From positions 35,949 through 99,948 of the forward strand of contig JAAXUC010000001.1 of the NCBI GenBank assembly GCA_013336225.1: DNA of 64,000 nt, written 5' to 3'. Source of the DNA: Candidatus Moraniibacteriota bacterium. Its GTDB lineage: Bacteria > Patescibacteriota > Minisyncoccia > Moranbacterales > GWC2-37-73. Position 1 is the stretch's first letter, and every line of letters starts with the position of its first letter. A program made the position numbers and the translations under genes. This document shows, one piece after another, positions 63,896 to 64,000 of this stretch. The notes beneath the pieces are model-generated. The model was not told the origin of the DNA. It worked only from the letters and a program-made list of their open reading frames with translations, and made no database searches.

Positions 63896-64000
63896 ATGAA
63901 AAAAACAGTCAAAAAACAACGAACAGGGTTCTGGTTTTTTTTCAAGCAAATCACGCTGGGCGTTCTTGATGCTGCAATCGTGGTTTTTATTGGTCTAACG
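63896..64000 (+). CDS. Start of a hypothetical membrane protein (partial, 3' end beyond the window)
   Basis: An AGGAG RBS 8 nt upstream of an ATG. The N-terminus MKKTVKKQRTGFWFFFKQITLGVLDAAIVVFIG is hydrophobic. Confidence 0.3.
   Translation, partial: MKKTVKKQRTGFWFFFKQITLGVLDAAIVVFIGLT

Overview
This 64-kb window looks like a compact, low-GC (about 38-40%) bacterial chromosome segment. It appears to use the standard genetic code: TGA terminates full-length conserved genes such as ruvC. Several hallmarks resemble a small-genome CPR/Patescibacteria-like lineage: a FISUMP-domain protein, tRNAs without encoded CCA, tight gene packing, and a histone-like tail on RpoD.

The housekeeping backbone reads as follows:
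- DNA maintenance and transcription: yebC (partial), ruvC, ruvA, dnaG-rpoD, a DenV-like pyrimidine-dimer glycosylase, plus an ECF sigma factor and a second sigma-70 paralog.
- Translation-related: valS, tsaD, rsgA, an ABC-F ATPase, and eight intact tRNAs in three loci (Ser-GGA, Asn, Arg-TCG, His, Arg-TCT, Lys-CTT, Glu, Gly).
- Cell envelope: class A PBP, FemAB, MurE, an L,D-transpeptidase, a VanW-like protein, a split OatA-like pair (SGNH hydrolase plus acyltransferase-3), and two GT4 glycosyltransferases.
- Stress and core metabolism: htpX, lemA, Hsp20, cspA, Fe/Mn SOD, rubrerythrin, pyruvate kinase, glycerol dehydrogenase, class I RNR nrdAB, an FKBP, and a PilB/GspE ATPase.

Three ATP-grasp ligases are present. 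One is an alpha-L-glutamate-ligase-like enzyme fused to a retropepsin-like (DUF785) domain and sits beside a 7TM membrane protein.

The most unusual content is non-coding:
1. A family of GC-rich structured mini-elements of roughly 100-200 nt sharing an AATGCTC box. Some are MITE-like with about 25-nt terminal inverted repeats. Others sit tail-to-tail or in tandem with tRNA genes and carry direct or inverted copies of the neighbouring tRNA T-arm/acceptor 3' end (Arg, Lys, Glu, Gly, Ser).
2. A tRNA-Ser locus where an intact tRNA-Ser(GGA) is nested between the 5' and 3' halves of a second tRNA-Ser-like sequence whose acceptor halves are complementary to each other.
3. Palindromic intergenic elements built from GAATTTY / RAAATTC heptamer arms (four copies).
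4. The same heptamer repeat expanded in frame inside the essential genes femX, murE and tsaD.
5. A twin-hairpin element found after two genes, with compensatory stem changes between copies.

All calls are made by eye from the sequence and ORF translations; no database searches were run.
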